A stretch of 63,821 nucleotides of DNA, filler included, from Folioceros fuciformis (Eukaryota): the NCBI GenBank assembly GCA_049999805.1. It is 7 parts of 7 records of this genome, joined end to end, with 100 filler letters (N's around TTAATTAATTAA, not from the genome) between each part and the next. Parts side by side here need not be neighbours in the genome. Positions count along the whole stretch, not along the records: positions 1 to 13,101 come from JBNGIO010004406.1; positions 13,202 to 31,097 come from JBNGIO010004407.1; 5 more parts are not named here. One strand, 5' to 3'. Position 1 is the stretch's first letter, and each line of letters opens with the position of its first letter. Below, one piece after another: positions 1 to 13,563 of the stretch. The notes under the pieces were generated by a model. That model was not told the origin of the DNA. It did not search any database and worked only from the letters and a program-made list of their open reading frames with translations. Made by a program: the position numbers and the translations under genes.

Positions 1-2099
1 CGTCCTCATCCTCAGCAATCGGCGACGGAGGGAGGAGAGGAGTCCCCTGCGACGGGACCCACCTGTGCCGCCACCAGCGAGGTGGAGATCCTCTAGGAGG
101 ATCTGCCCGACCAACGGCGGGGTAGGAGGGTCAGAGGCGGGCCAGTGAGGGGAGGAGCGCGAAGTCCAGGAGGGAGGTGAACGTGGCAAGGAGAGAGGCA
201 ACAATAAATGCATCCTAGGCTAGTTTTTTTTTAGGTTGCTTTTGCTTGGACCTAAGCCGCTCACAATTAAGAGCGCTGACTGACCCCCCTGACCAGACTT
301 TATGGCGGAAAGGACCTGCCACTAGCATGTACAAGAGGCTGGTTTGGTGCTTCAGGAACACAGCAAAAACGAGCCCAACATTCCGACCTTGCGGGAGCCT
401 AGCGATGGCTGCTGCTGGATGGGGAAATCCAAGCAGGCGAGCGCACGTAGTGTTCTGAGGGTGCGGTGTGAAAGTCACGATTGCTCCGCGATGGTGGTTT
501 TGGGGACGAATCGGGAGGGGGAGCCTTGCCGAGTGGAAGCCAAGCTTCCCTACTATCCCCGTTGCTAGTCGTGTAGGGTGGTAGGAGTAAAAGGGGGCAA
601 ATTTGCCAGTTGCAGAGTGGACGGCAAACGCATCCCTTACTCCCTAGCGTTCTTGCCACCTCCTTAAACATCGAGAGAGAGGAGAAGGCCCGGTGAAGGG
701 CGAGTCAAGAGAGAGAAGTCGTGAGAAGCGAGTTGATTGCGTGTGACTGATTAAGAAGAAATTGAAGGAGGAATGGGTGGGGAAAAGGAGAAGCGTCAAC
801 GCGGAAGAAGGCATCAGGTAGTGTCAGCATGTGTGGGGGCCTAGCTTGAGTTGCTTGTGATTGAAGTGTCTGAGTGGGTCGATACAGAGGTCGCAGTTGT
901 TGCGACAAAGGAGAGTTTGGAGAACGGGAAGTCCTGAGAGGTAGAAGAGTTGCCGGAGCTGGGTGCCGGCGGCAGTATTTGACGGATCGTGCATGCGNNN
1001 NNNNNNNNNNNNNNNNNNNNNNNNNNNNNNNNNNNNNNNNNNNNNNNNNNNNNNNNNNNNNNNNNNNNNNNNNNNNNNNNNNNNNNNNNNNNNNNNNGTG
1101 CATGCGGGTGATATCTTGTAAGGTGGAATGCGAATGGGCCAAGAGAAAGAGTCCCAGGCCTGAGTTGTTTGGTGTCTGGTGAGTGGATGTGTGTGTGCGT
1201 GGGATCTGGAGAGACTTACGAAGGGTGCTGGTGAGGGCGCTGTGGCATTGGCGGAGTAGGGGATGCTATATGTGATCAAGGATGAGTGAGTTGCGGGTGG
1301 TAAGTGGCTGAGAAACGGGGGTGTGTTCTGTCTAACCTTGTGAATGCTTGACTGAGAGGTTGCGGGGTGCGCTGAGTGTGTGCTATTTGGGGATAAGAGT
1401 GGACACCAGTGCAAGATTAGTCGGGCCAGATCGTGGCCATGGAAGCATGAGACCCGCGGGGTAGTAGCTCTTGAGTGCGGTAAGTCGCGGGTTGAGAGTG
1501 AACAATGGTGATTAGAGTGTGCGGCTGGATGACTGTAACTGGCTGGGGTAGTGTGAGACCCCAAAATGCCGTTTAGGATCTGAGTGAAACCGGCAGGGGG
1601 TAACTTGAGTTTAGAGATAGAGAGAGAGACTAAGAGCGGGACCCACCGAGGGTGTGGGGTCCACTACCGTCGTAGGGCAATGACCAAGGCAGCCGAAAGC
1701 CGAGGTAGTAGAAGTACCTTCGAGGTAGTTAGAAGGTCGGTAGTTGTAGAGCCCCAGTAGCCGAGTGAGTTGGAGAGGTAGTTCAGAGCCATGGTAGCTG
1801 AGTCGCAACGAAGGTAGCGGAAGTTGTCCTGCAGGTAGAGGAGTGGAAGGTAGGTAAAGCCTGACCTTTGGTAGTAACTGACTTTGTGAGAAAACCTGTG
1901 CTCTTTGACACGTCGAATCCCAATGCTATAACGACAAAGAGGGTTTGTGTGGACCTCGCAGCACCCCTGGGTGCAATATTTTCCCCCACATATGCCAAGG
2001 GCGAGAAGGCACAAGACTTTTATTGGTTAGTGGACTATCGCAACATATGGTTAGGCATGTTGTATAAGCAACGACCTCCTAGGATATTTTGACTCACCT

Positions 2100-2939
2100 T
2101 GCTCAATATATTCATCTCCTAATGTAATGAGTGTTGTTTGTAGCTTCATGTAACTTCCAAAATCTTTTAATGAAGGAGCCTAACACAATCGAACATCATA
2201 TTAATGCTTTTCAATTGGCATGATCTCAATTGGAATCTACAAATGGTGTACCTATCACATACATGGAGGCTTATGTCACTCTCTTATATTCATTGCCACC
2301 TTCCTATAGGCCCTTTATTAAATCTTAAAATGTGATTCATGGTGCAAGAAAAGCTGTTAATTGAGATCCACATGGAGGGCTAGATATTAATGTTTCCGAG
2401 CTTATTGGAGCATTACTATAGGAGAAGGCAAGTAGACGTCATTATCACTCCAAAGCCAACAAGCAACATGTGATGTATTCTCAAAGGGTAGAGGAAGAGG
2501 ACGAAGCAGCAGCCGAGGTTCCACTACTCAATGACCCCAATATTCTACACAATCTTCTCATAATGGAGAAGCATCTTCTTCAACACTTGCAAGAGGTAAC
2601 AAGAAGAGTACAATTATATGCAATTGGTGTAGAGTCCCAATCACATGGAAAAGGATTGTCAAAAGAAGAAGAATGGGGAACCTCAAAAGGAGGCCCCACC
2701 CAGAGCTAACACTGCAGCAAAAAAACAATCTTTCTCAACTCTAGCAATGCTCATTATTTGCCTGGCTTCTTCCAAGCCCTCTAATACTTCATGGTGCCTA
2801 GACAATGGAGTTACTTCACATATTTGCTACAATAGAGACTCTTTTGAGTCATACACACCATCCACAGGACATTAGTTTGTCCTCTTGGGTGATGATCACA
2901 AACCAACCCATAGAAGGTGTAGGTTCTATTGTATTCAAG
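2100..2939 (+). mobile_element. Degenerate Ty1/copia gag-protease fragment
   Basis: Broken frames read IEHHINAF, LLYSLPPSYRPFI, zinc knuckle CNWC..HMEKDCQKKKNGEP and protease WCLDNGVTSHIC. It has stops and frameshifts and is cut off at 2940. Confidence 0.85.
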
Positions 2940-4367
2940 TGTGATTATGTAGTGCCGATTTTGTACAACTGGGACTTAGGGTAGAGACTAAGGAGAAGGG
3001 GTGAGAGAAGAAGGGGTAACACGACGGAAGTAGGAGCAACGAAGGAGAAGAAGAGGCAAGGATGGGGTTAGAAATGTAGGCGGAGAAGAAGGAGGAAGGG
3101 AGGAGACAGGGCGAGCGGGAAAACTAAAGGTATTATCAAGTACTATGTGGGGTTGTCAATCCCACAGTCACAGCTACCTAAAATACCAACTACAAGTCAC
3201 TCTCAATACACACATTTATTGAAGTAGGTGGCTAGAAACCACCGGATGCTGAAGGAGAGAAGTGTCTTCATCCACTATACTCTCCTATAGTTTCTACGTT
3301 GGCCATGAATGACCAATGGACTAGTTCTTTTCTCCAGCCAGTGGTGTCATGGCCACTAATGTTGGTTAACAGGTACCTCCAAGGACTTCTTCTCGAGGCT
3401 TTACCCTTTCGGCTAATAGCGATCACACCCACCACTGACCTTGGGGAGGGGTGAGAACTTGCAAGGCTCCATGCTGACTGCTAGAAAACTCAACCACAGC
3501 CCCCTCTTGACCACCTCCTTTGAGATGGTGGCACATAAGCCGGCCAACAAAGGTCCTCCGCTCCCTTGAGCAGGAGGACTCCTCCAAGGCCAAGAGCCAA
3601 GAGAAGTGGCGATGTCTAACGGAGTGGAGAGCATTTTATGGATGGAGGCCTTTGCTACCAATGGCACTCGGCGTCCTTCCTCCTAGGTTTACACCTACCT
3701 ACTGACATCTACAGCACCGTGCAAGATGCCTACTCCTATTTAAAATTCATACCACACCTAGCACACTAATTTTACAGTCTTGACACATGACGGGCTTTTA
3801 ATGAGGGGTGGATTCTTAAACAGGAAGTCCGCTCCTCCACCCTCCCTTTAGCTGAGGAATATGAGGTCATTTCGGGAAAAATCCTACCACCGGATCTTCT
3901 GGATGCTGGCTTCGCTTGCTCACTCTACCACAAAGAGCCAGGATAGACACTAGCGCTGTCACCACTGGATCTGGTCTGCAAAGAAATTCCGCAAATTCCC
4001 TCCCTGCCTAACCTACCAACTGCCACGGCAGCGGCCTTGTCATCAGTACCTCCTGTTGTTGGGTTCGCAGCCTTCCCTGTACTGGTGTCAAGAGGAGTGG
4101 TGGCTTCAGGACTTCAGCAGTTTCGACATAGAATTGAGCCTCTGTCCGTCTCACAATAGCTTGCACCTGGAGGCAGAAGAAGATTTGGCATCGTAGTACT
4201 CGATGGGTCATAGGTGTTGGACCTGGATTTTCCTGAACTCAAAGACTCCCAAAATGAGCAAGCTAGAAAGCGCTCCAAACCCAATTTCGGCCATGGTTGG
4301 GAGGAGGCAGGCTCAAGACCCGATCGCAGGCTTAGGCTATGCCTCTGGCCCAGGATGGGGTGTCACA
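2940..4367. mobile_element. LTR-like insertion (~1.4 kb)
   Basis: Begins TGTGA exactly where the copia protease stops and ends GGGGTGTCACA (TGTGA/TCACA inverted termini). A PBS-like TGGCTATCAGAAC follows. No matching TSD. Confidence 0.45.
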
Positions 4368-4664
4368 ACATTTTTGGCTATCAGAACTGGCACACTCCGG
4401 GTCATATCTGGATCTAGTTCTTTCTGCTCACTCCACCATCCTGCAGGAACCCACCATCTTCACTACATGGTGGGTAGTCCTCAATAGGGGAGTCCGTTGG
4501 TCCCCTGGTTTCACCCTCGCAAACCAACTGAGATCTCCCAACAGCAGCAACCGACTTGGGTAAGCACTATTTTGTTGATTCGAACCTCGTTGCGACTTTG
4601 AGCCAAGGTTGTTAGGGTCTCCACTGCCTCCAGCGTTGATTAACCACAATCCGTGCAACTAAAG

Positions 4665-4897
4665 TGTTGTTACCACTAAGGCGGCGCCGACGGAACAGAG
4701 TAAGAAAGGTTTAGGGCACGGTTCAATTTAGGGTTATATAATTAACCTCAATAGTTATTAAATATAGTTAAGATAGTCAAAACAATTAAGCAGTTTAGGG
4801 AGTTTAACTGTGACGGTTTAACCGCTAACTAGGGCTACATAAAACGAGCCCACAATAATGATAAATCAATCTTTCTTTTCCTTGCTATAGTTTTCTA
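4665..4897 (+). repeat. 5' LTR of copia element
   Basis: Starts TGTTGTTACCACTAAGGCGGCGCCG, repeated at 10291, and is followed by a tRNA-Met PBS. Confidence 0.9.
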
Positions 4898-5338
4898 AAT
4901 GGTATCAGAGCTACGTTGCTCCTTGCCGCGTGTTTCCCGCTTCAGCACTTAAGGCTTGAGCCTTTGAGCCTGGGTCCTATGGCGCAAAGCAAGGCACGCC
5001 GAATCTCGAGCAATCGATCTTGAATCCTCTGCAAGATGCCGCGATGACGCACGCCACCCTCCAGCGCATCGCGGGCGCCCACAGCAATGCCCCGCACCTG
5101 GACCCTGCAACGACCACACAAGGCGCTTACCACATGGCAAATTTTCAAGACCTCACCTCGAATTCTTCCCCAAGGATTACCTTCGAATCCAAATCGTTTG
5201 ACTTGAATCCCAGATGGAAACCATAATCCCCATCATGCGTGACCTATTAGCAAGTCACCGCCAGTAAGCCAGACATTGCACACGCCCACCTTCAATCCCA
5301 TGTCGAAACACAATCTCCAGGGACGAAAAGCAAAACCC

Positions 5339-8300
5339 ATGGCAACCAATCCAGTTGTCAATACATCGATTGTCAACACCACGAAAGTGGAATTTAGGGA
5401 TCGAGACCGGTTCAATGGCAGCGACTACGATACCTGGCATATGTGAATCACGGCCTTCTGGAGGAGCACGACCTCATGGGAATCGTCGAAAGTACAGTTC
5501 CCAAACCCACGACTGCAGGAGGCGCCTCCATCAACCAAATCGCAGCCTGGGTAAAGAAAGACAAGAGGGCCATCAGCATCTTATTCTCAGCACTGGATAA
5601 GAACATGCTCTAGCACACTCAAGGCTAGAAGACCGCCCACGAGATCTGGAAGGTGTTCAAGGACATGTTCGCAGCACAAAGCTCCATGTCAATAGTAAAC
5701 GCCCCACGACAATTCTACCTACTAAGAATGAAGGAAAGTGAGATGATCGAGCAGCATGTACACAACTTCATATCAGCAAGAGCAAAGCTAGCATCCAGTG
5801 ATACCACACTAAACGAGTACCAAGCAGCAGTTGCGTTACTAACATCCCTTCTTGCATAATACAAAACGCTTGTAAGCTCGCAGAGCTCAGCCCTTCGTCA
5901 GGCCCAAAGTGCAGCTCAATTAGGAGCCATACTTGCATACACCTTTGCAGAGGTTCTAGGCGCATTCCTAGAGGAGGAAGCCAGCAGAACAACAACTCAA
6001 AGGCCTTCTAGCAGAGCCAACCACACACTCTTCACATCAAGAGGCCATGGAGTTCAAAGAGGAGGTTTTCGTAACAGTCCCCCAATCCGCAAGCCACCTG
6101 GACAAGCGACACAAGGCAACTTTAGCCCCAACAATCGCTTCATTAGCAGACAACCATAGAAGGGCACTTGCAACTAGTGTAAAATACCAGGTCACTTCGA
6201 GTACGAATGCAGGAAGAAACAAAACGGAGAGTCAAGGAGAGACGTACCTAGAAATGAGTCCTATGTCACTACAGTGAATCCCACTCCAACAAACTCCATC
6301 CTGGCCGTGTACCTCACACTTACAAGGACAAACAGGACGAGATGGTTCCTCGACTCTGGAGCCACAACACAAATTTGCAACTGTAAGAACATGTTTAGCA
6401 CTTACCGTGACGTGCTTTCTCATCAGCACGTTTTGCTAGGAGACGACAGTGCTCTCTCAGTCAAAGGAACTGGTGATGTTCAACTCAAACTATCTAATGG
6501 CGAAACACTTACCATCAACGGTGTACTATACGTCCCCACGATGACAAAGAACTTGCTCTCAGTCAGGAAGCTTGCCACTGAACATAGCCTGGTAATCATC
6601 TTCCAAGGTAATCACTGCACCATTCACCACTCAAGCGACCCAGGTAGCACAACCTTAGCTTATGGCCTTCCCTATAATGACCTCTATCTTCTAAACATAC
6701 AATCCTTCTCCTCACTCCTCGCCGATGGAACATCCTACAGTTCACACAAGGAGTCACTCCTTTGGCACTGCACAGCTGGAGACATGAACCCCCGATATTT
6801 ATATCAACTTGCAAACCCAGATATGTACAGAGACCCCGTCAAACTCAAGGTCCCCTCAGACTTCTTCTGCGAAGTATGTCAGTATACAAAACTCAACCAA
6901 CTTCCCTTTACAAACACAAATCCAACTTGTGCTCACAAGCTCTTAGAGGTCGTCCATTCTGACATCTGCAGCCCTATGAGCGCCACTTCCTTTGGAGGGC
7001 ACCAATACTTCATTACCTTCCTTGACGAGTGGAGTTGCTACTATCTCATCTTCTTCCTGAAATACTAGAGTGAGGCCCTTACCCGTTCCAGGAGTTTGTC
7101 TCTTTAGCTGAATGCCACACTGGGTTCCAAGTCTGCACCCTACGTACAGACAATGGGGAAGAATATATCAGTCATGATTTCCAACAATTTTGCAGAACCC
7201 AAGGCATCCAACGTCAGTACACAGTACCTCATACACCTCAATAGAACCCATTCGCAAAAAGACTCAATAGGTCTATACTTGAGATATCTAGATCCCTCAA
7301 ACTTTCAGGACTCTCCCGTGGCTACTGGGCGGAAGCAGCATCCACCGCCATCTACCTGAAGAATCGTCTGCCCACTAAGGAATTGCCAAACACCACACCT
7401 TTTGAACATTGGACAGGCCACAAGCCTCGCATCTCCCACCTGCAGATCTTTGGTAGCCCTGCTTTTGCCCATATAGCAAACGACATTAGAAGAAAATGGG
7501 ATGATAAGGGCAAAAAGCTTCTATTCATAGGCTACTCAAACCAGGTCAAAACCTACAAGCTCTTCGACCCTTCAACCCGCGAGGTAACCCTCTCCCGCTG
7601 TGTGCACGTCAATGAATCTCACATTCTTCACACTTACCTCCATGGCATCACCACTTCTTCACCATTTCCCACTGCTGGTACGATTGGTTCTTCCCCTCTT
7701 GACCTTGAGGAGGGCACATATGATGACTGATGAAATAGGTCTAGATTAGGGCATTATTCATTAGGGCCTCATAACTTAAACATTATTATCTACCTAGGGT
7801 TATTTAGGTAGTTAGTAGTTATATTAGTTACAACAACTTACGGTTGCAACTACTTATGGTTGCAACCATTTATGGTTGTAACCACCCAACTACCCAGCCT
7901 ATTTAAAGGCTTGTACTTTACTCATCTTACATTGTTTCTTCTTCTTCCAATCTAAGAGCTACAAATTCTCATCAATGACACCCCTTCATCTTTTCTTCAA
8001 GATCAGGAGGTTCCTCCACCAGTCCTTGAACCTAAACAAGATGAAATGTTAGCACCAAAACAAGTAAGTCAACAAGCACCAGAGGTAATTCCCCACCAAC
8101 CTGTAGCCCATTCAGTTCCATCACAGCCTCTTCCCCAAGATGTACAGACCTTCAGGCGATCCTCAAGGAGCAAGCCACCAAGAGAAGAATGGAAGGATCC
8201 ACCTTACACACTTGGAGACACGCTGATCGGTAGAACTCCTCCTTCAGCATAACCTACACCTACAGACACTCAGACGCAAGTGGATCAGCTGCACCTCATC

Positions 8301-9925
8301 ATGCACAAGGCATACTCAGCCATTGAGATGTATGGAGTTCCCCCAACAATTGAAGAAGCCCTCAACATACTTGAATGGAAGGCAGCAGTGCAATTAGAGT
8401 ACGCTTCACTCATCTCTATTGAAACTTGGATTCTTACTGATTTACCACATGGCAGAAAGCCCATCTCCTGCAAATGGACCTTCCAAAGAAAGCTAAATCT
8501 TGACGAAAGTGTCTCAAGATACAAAGCAAGGCTGGTAGCCTATGATTCACACAAATCCTAGGCTTCGACTATGAAGAAAGCAAGCTCTTCAGTCCAGTAG
8601 TGAAGGCAACATCTATGAGGATCCTCTTGGCTTTCCCTGCACAGCACGGACTCGACATCCATCAGGTCAACATCAAAGCAGCTTTCCTGTACGGAACCCT
8701 ACACGAGGAGATATACATGTTGCAGCCGCCTGGATTTGTCAATGACTATCGAAAAGTCTGCAAGATGTTAAAATCACTCTACGGTCTCAAGCAATCGGCG
8801 TAGGTCTAGAACGAGATAGTCGACCTATACCTCAAGAAATGCGGCTTCACACCCCTCTCAGCTGACTCAAGCGTCTACATGCTAAGGAAGGACAAAGACA
8901 AGTATGTTATTGTTACCTTGTACGTGGATGATAATTTCATCTTCGTTACTGACCCACAGCTAATTCAGCATGTTAAGAACCTCCTCACCAAAGAGTATGA
9001 GGTGGATGACATGGGCACCCTAAGGTATGCCCTAGGAGTCTAGTTTGAGAGGAACACAAATGAGCATTCCTTCTTCATACACCAGGAGCACTATGTTGAG
9101 CAACTCCTCACCAAGTTCAACCTGCAAGACACGAAGCTAGTATCCACTCCCATGGCCACATGACAGAAGGTGTCAGCCTTAGACAGTCCAACAACACCCG
9201 AGCAGGCAGAAGAAATGGCAAATGTGCCCTATAGTGAAGCTGCAGGAAGTCTGCTTTACTAGTCTATCTGGACGAGACCAGATATCGCTCAAGCAGTAAA
9301 CGTGATGTTGAGGTACCTATCGAATCCTGGCATGGCGCACTGGACCTGCGTAAAGAGGATCCTACGTTACCTGAAGGGAACAAAATCATTCGGCATAGAA
9401 TACACAGGCAATTCCGGTACCCAAAAGTGCCTACTGACCTCTTTTTCAGACGCCGACTGAGCAGGTAACCCTAATGCTCGCAAGTCCACCTCTGCATACT
9501 GTATGATGATAAACATGAGCGGCATCTCCTGGGCATGCAAGAAAATGTAGACGGTATGCCTATCATCAACAAAGGCGTAGTACACAGCCACACTCTTGGC
9601 CACAAAAGAAATACTTTGGATCCACCAGTTCCTGCACGACATACACGAAGATTAGGAACAGCCCACACAGTTGTAGTGCAACAATCAGTTAGCGATCGCT
9701 ATGACCTTAAACCCTATCCTGCACGCAAGAACGAAGTATGTGGAGATCCAGCACCACTTCATCCGACAAGCGGTGGCTAACAAACATGTTAAGCTCAGGT
9801 ATGTGAGCACAGCCGAGAACACAGCCGACCTCTTCACGAAAGGACTCATAAAGCAACTTCATCTTAAGCACGCGCAAGGTATCGGCCTACTCAAGAAAGA
9901 GACTTATCTCGAGGCAGCCGAATAG
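5339..9925 (+). pseudogene. copia gag-pol pseudogene
   Basis: WFLDSGATTQIC (protease), LEVVHSDICSP (integrase), CKWTFQRK, YKARLVA, YVDD (RT) and HARTKYVEIQHHFIR (RNase H). Many in-frame stops and frameshifts. Confidence 0.92.
7728..7974. mobile_element. Solo LTR (247 bp) nested in copia pol
   Basis: Termini TGATGA...TCATCA with a perfect 5-bp TSD ATGAC at 7723-7727 and 7975-7979. AT-rich and interrupts the reading frame. Confidence 0.9.
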
Positions 9926-10290
9926 TCAAAGACATGGGGAGCACTCGCAACAGCAGCACTGTCAGACAAACAATTATCAGTCGTCTGGCAGAGGTAATCC
10001 AGTCACAGTCCTGAACCTCTCAGCACTCACGCTCGCATCCTTCCGCACACAAACAGTCACAACACCATCTTTGCACCGCTTCTTCGCCAACTTGGGTCTT
10101 GAGGCTCCAGTCCGCTCGAGACTCTCGACTCCCTTGCTTATGAGCTGGATGATGCAACTCGCAAGCTGAAGCAGCCACCACAAGCCAGAAAGAACGCACA
10201 GAAGGAGCTGCACGCAAGCATGTGCCAAGCAAGACATTCTTCTGAGACTGAATCCTTTCCCTCACCCTCCTTGTCTACGGCGAGGGGGAG

Positions 10291-10435
10291 TGTTGTTACT
10301 ACTAAGGCGGCGCCGACAAAACGGAGTAAGAAAGGTTTAGCGCACGGTTCAGTTTAGGGTTATATAATTACCCTCAGCAGTTATTAAATATAGTTAAGAC
10401 ATTCAAAACAATTAAGCAGTTTAGGCGGTTTAACC
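10291..10435 (+). repeat. 3' LTR (truncated) of copia element
   Basis: Aligns to the 5' LTR with about 11 substitutions (counted by eye) over ~135 bp, then diverges. Confidence 0.9.
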
Positions 10436-10592
10436 ATCTTCATCCGCGCGCACTGCCCTAGCAATTATTGGTAGGACTTAGCCTCTTGGTAGNNNNNNNN
10501 NNNNNNNNNNNNNNNNNNNNNNNNNNNNNNNNNNNNNNNNNNNNNNNNNNNNNNNNNNNNNNNNNNNNNNNNNNNNNNNNNNNNNNNNNNNN

Positions 10593-12230
10593 AAGACGAA
10601 CAATAATCAGTGGTTTGGTAGAGGCAGTCTAGTCGCAATCTTGAACCTCTCAGCACTCATGCCTTAGAGGACAAACTCCTCTGCAAACACTGTAACCACT
10701 GCTAGACAAGCACCTATGTCTGTCTCACAAGGCATCATGGCTGTCTATCTTACCCGGAATCTTGTCGACCATCATGGCTAGTACTTGGATTCTTGTGCCT
10801 CTATGCACATATGCCACACTAAATCCTTCTTTGCTACCTATGAAGCAATATCTTCAGACACTTTCGTGCTCTTGGGAGACGACTCTGGCCTAAGAGTCGC
10901 TGGAAGAGGCACAGTTCCTCTAACACTTGCTGATAAATCACAAGTCACCTTACTAAACGTGTTTCATGTCCTTGTCATGGTGAAGAATCTGATCTTTGTT
11001 GCCTTGCTAATGAAGATGCAGATATTTATCCTTGTTTTTTACCAAACCTATTGTACGATGAAAAGATGTGATCATGATCAGATTTCTAGTAGCGCGTATC
11101 CTATCCAAGACATCTACAAATTGGATGCTCATGCATCTAACACCGAAATTGCTGAGACAACCCTAGCAGTTCGCCAAGGAAACAAGACTGGAAAAAATTG
11201 AAGCCTGCAGATGGCACCTAAGGGTAGAGCATCCTAGCAATGGTCTCTTTAAGCAGATTGTTGGCTCAGATCTATACCAGGAGTCGATTGGCCCTCTTCC
11301 TGACCCTACATTTTGCAAGACTTGCATACTCTCCAACCAAAGGCAAGCTTCTTTTCCTGAACGCAAGCCAAATCAGAACAAGTCTATCCTGAAAATTGGT
11401 TCACTCCAACCTTTGAGGTCCTATGAGCACAATTTCTTTGGTAGAGCTCTCTATTTCCTAACCCTAATTGATGACCATTCAAGAATATGCTTCACATATT
11501 CTCTTGAGCGTAAGAGCTAGACTTTTGATACTTTCAAGACATGGCTGGCTATGGTTGAGACACAGACCTCAGCCAAACTATAGTGCTTGCACACCGACAA
11601 CGGCAAGGGATTCACTTCAAACCAGTTTTCTAAACTCTATGTAGACAAGGGTATCGTGCGGTAATCACAATCGCCTACACACCCCAACAAAATGGGGTGG
11701 CTGAAAGACTTAATCAGACTCTACAATGTATGGCCAAAGCCAGGCTTAAACACTCAAAGCTAGATAGCCAGTATTGGGCCGAGGCCATAGCCTTTGCCAC
11801 TTACCTGCGAAATTGGCTTCCTTCACGTTCCTTTCAAGGTCGCACTTCTTATGAATTATGGACTAGCTCTAAACCCTCAATTGCTCACTTACAAATCTTT
11901 GGATGTGCTGCCTATGCTTGGATACCTGCGGAGAAACATAGGAAGTTAGACGAAAGATCAGAAAAAATTCTCTTTCTTGGTTATGAAGATGAGATGAAGG
12001 GTTACAAACTTTACTATCCCCTTACAAGCACCCTTACTTATGCTTTCAATGTCAAGTTTCTTGAAGACCTCTTGGTGTCTGAAGTTGATACACTGTCTGC
12101 TAGCTCTCTTCCTTCTAATCATGAGCCCGATAATTTGTACGAGGATGTTTTTATTCTTGATCAAGTGCCACTCCCTGCAGCTGCCCCTATTGCACCAGTT
12201 GCCAATGCTCCACATGTGGCCAATGTCTCG
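10593..12230 (+). mobile_element. Ty1/copia protease-integrase fragment
   Basis: LDSCASMHIC, TDNGKGFTS, PQQNGVAERLNQTL, YWAEAI and HLQIFGCAAY motifs, interrupted by stops. Confidence 0.9.
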
Positions 12231-13101
12231 AGACGGGGTGGACTATTATCAGTGATCTCAACTAGGTTGGAGGCATCATTAAGGTGCTCCTAGTCTTGCT
12301 GAATGTGGACACCCCAACAACAGAAACCACACCAGCCCGCGCACCCCGGCCGTTGGCAATTGGGAGGATGTTGTCCTCCACGCACTCCTCGAACTCAATC
12401 AAAAGTTCCTCAAAAACATTATAACAAAGATGGTTGTTTGTGACATCAGCCCAAGTGTGGAGGCAAAACCCCAGGCACTGATTGCCAACGGGTTCCACCT
12501 TTAGTGGCCACACTTATCCCACTATCGTTGAGACATTGGGTTTCGTTCCCACGAAGGAGCGATGAGGTTCCTTGCTACTGTGGATGGAGGGTCGGACTTG
12601 ATCGACTCGATGATGGATTCGAGGGCTCCCCTCCAGCTCCGATCAGGCGTAGGACAGGCCTCGCTGTCCGGCGGTCAGCTGCGCCTCTCTCGGTGCCCAC
12701 AAACTCACTTCAGTCACTACAACAACCCTAACCTCTTAGATCTGCGACTTCCCTCACTCACTTCACTCACTCTCTCACTCTAGCACCAACACCAGCAACT
12801 AACAATGACACCACTACCTTCTACACTTCCCTACTGACTCCTCCTACCCGGCAAGAGTCACTAGACTAACCCCAGAGAAAAGAAAGAAGGGAACACACTC
12901 CCCTCTTGGATATCTCCCCCCCACAACCTTACCAGACGCCATGAAACATGGCCGGCCTACAGCACTTGTCCAAACAGGGAACAAGAGTGGATAGGTCGAG
13001 AGAAAGACACATCCTTTACAATCAAGAGTTAGGGGCAAGTCCTTACACCTTGGTCATTACACCTTGTGATCCTACCAGACACTGTACAGCCGGCAACACG
13101 C

Positions 13102-13201
13102 NNNNNNNNNNNNNNNNNNNNNNNNNNNNNNNNNNNNNNNNNNNNTTAATTAATTAANNNNNNNNNNNNNNNNNNNNNNNNNNNNNNNNNNNNNNNNNNN
13201 N
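13102..13201. other. Artificial contig joiner (also at 31098-31197, 39231-39330, 45981-46080, 51402-51501, 62062-62161)
   Basis: Identical N44-TTAATTAATTAA-N44 cassette, which places stop codons in all six frames. Confidence 0.97.
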
Positions 13202-13204
13202 TTG

Positions 13205-13358
13205 GAATTGTGCGTCAAAACCTCATGTTGTCTTCTAAATGTTATTATGAATAAAAAGCGAATATGATTGATTCCACTAAAAGACAGTTTTTTTAAATTG
13301 TGCATCAAAACTTCATATTCTCTTCTACATGTTATTATGAATGAAAAGCAATTATCAT
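13205..13358. repeat. AT-rich imperfect direct repeat (2 copies, ~90 bp period)
   Basis: AATTGTGC.TCAAAAC.TCAT.TT.TCTTCTA.ATGTTATTATGAAT.AAAAGC occurs twice. Confidence 0.7.
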
Positions 13359-13563
13359 AAAAGAAAACTCAATAATTTTCAAACATTGTTTAAATCCAAA
13401 TATTTATTGTTCAAACACCCATTTGAGAGACAACTCTTAGCAGATTGCCTTATAAAACAAAAGAACAAAAATTCTTCCGCAAAAATGTGTCCGTCCGTTC
13501 CAGTCCTTTCTTGCCATCGAGCTGTTTAGCAAGCTTGGGATGGGGACACAGGTGCCATAGCAA

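Larger units (their letters stand above)
4665..10435 (+). mobile_element. Near full-length Ty1/copia retrotransposon (decayed)
   Basis: 5' LTR 4665-~4897, PBS TGGTATCAGAGC 4900-4911, domain order gag-PR-IN-RT-RNaseH, PPT GAGGGGGAG 10282-10290, and a 3' LTR from 10291 matching the 5' LTR. Confidence 0.95.

Noticed and set aside
990-1106. GTGCATGCG on both sides of the first gap as a TSD
   Set aside because: More likely an unmerged contig overlap.
13146-13157. Recurrent TTAATTAATTAA palindrome as a biological site
   Set aside because: It is always centred in N padding, so it is an assembly linker.
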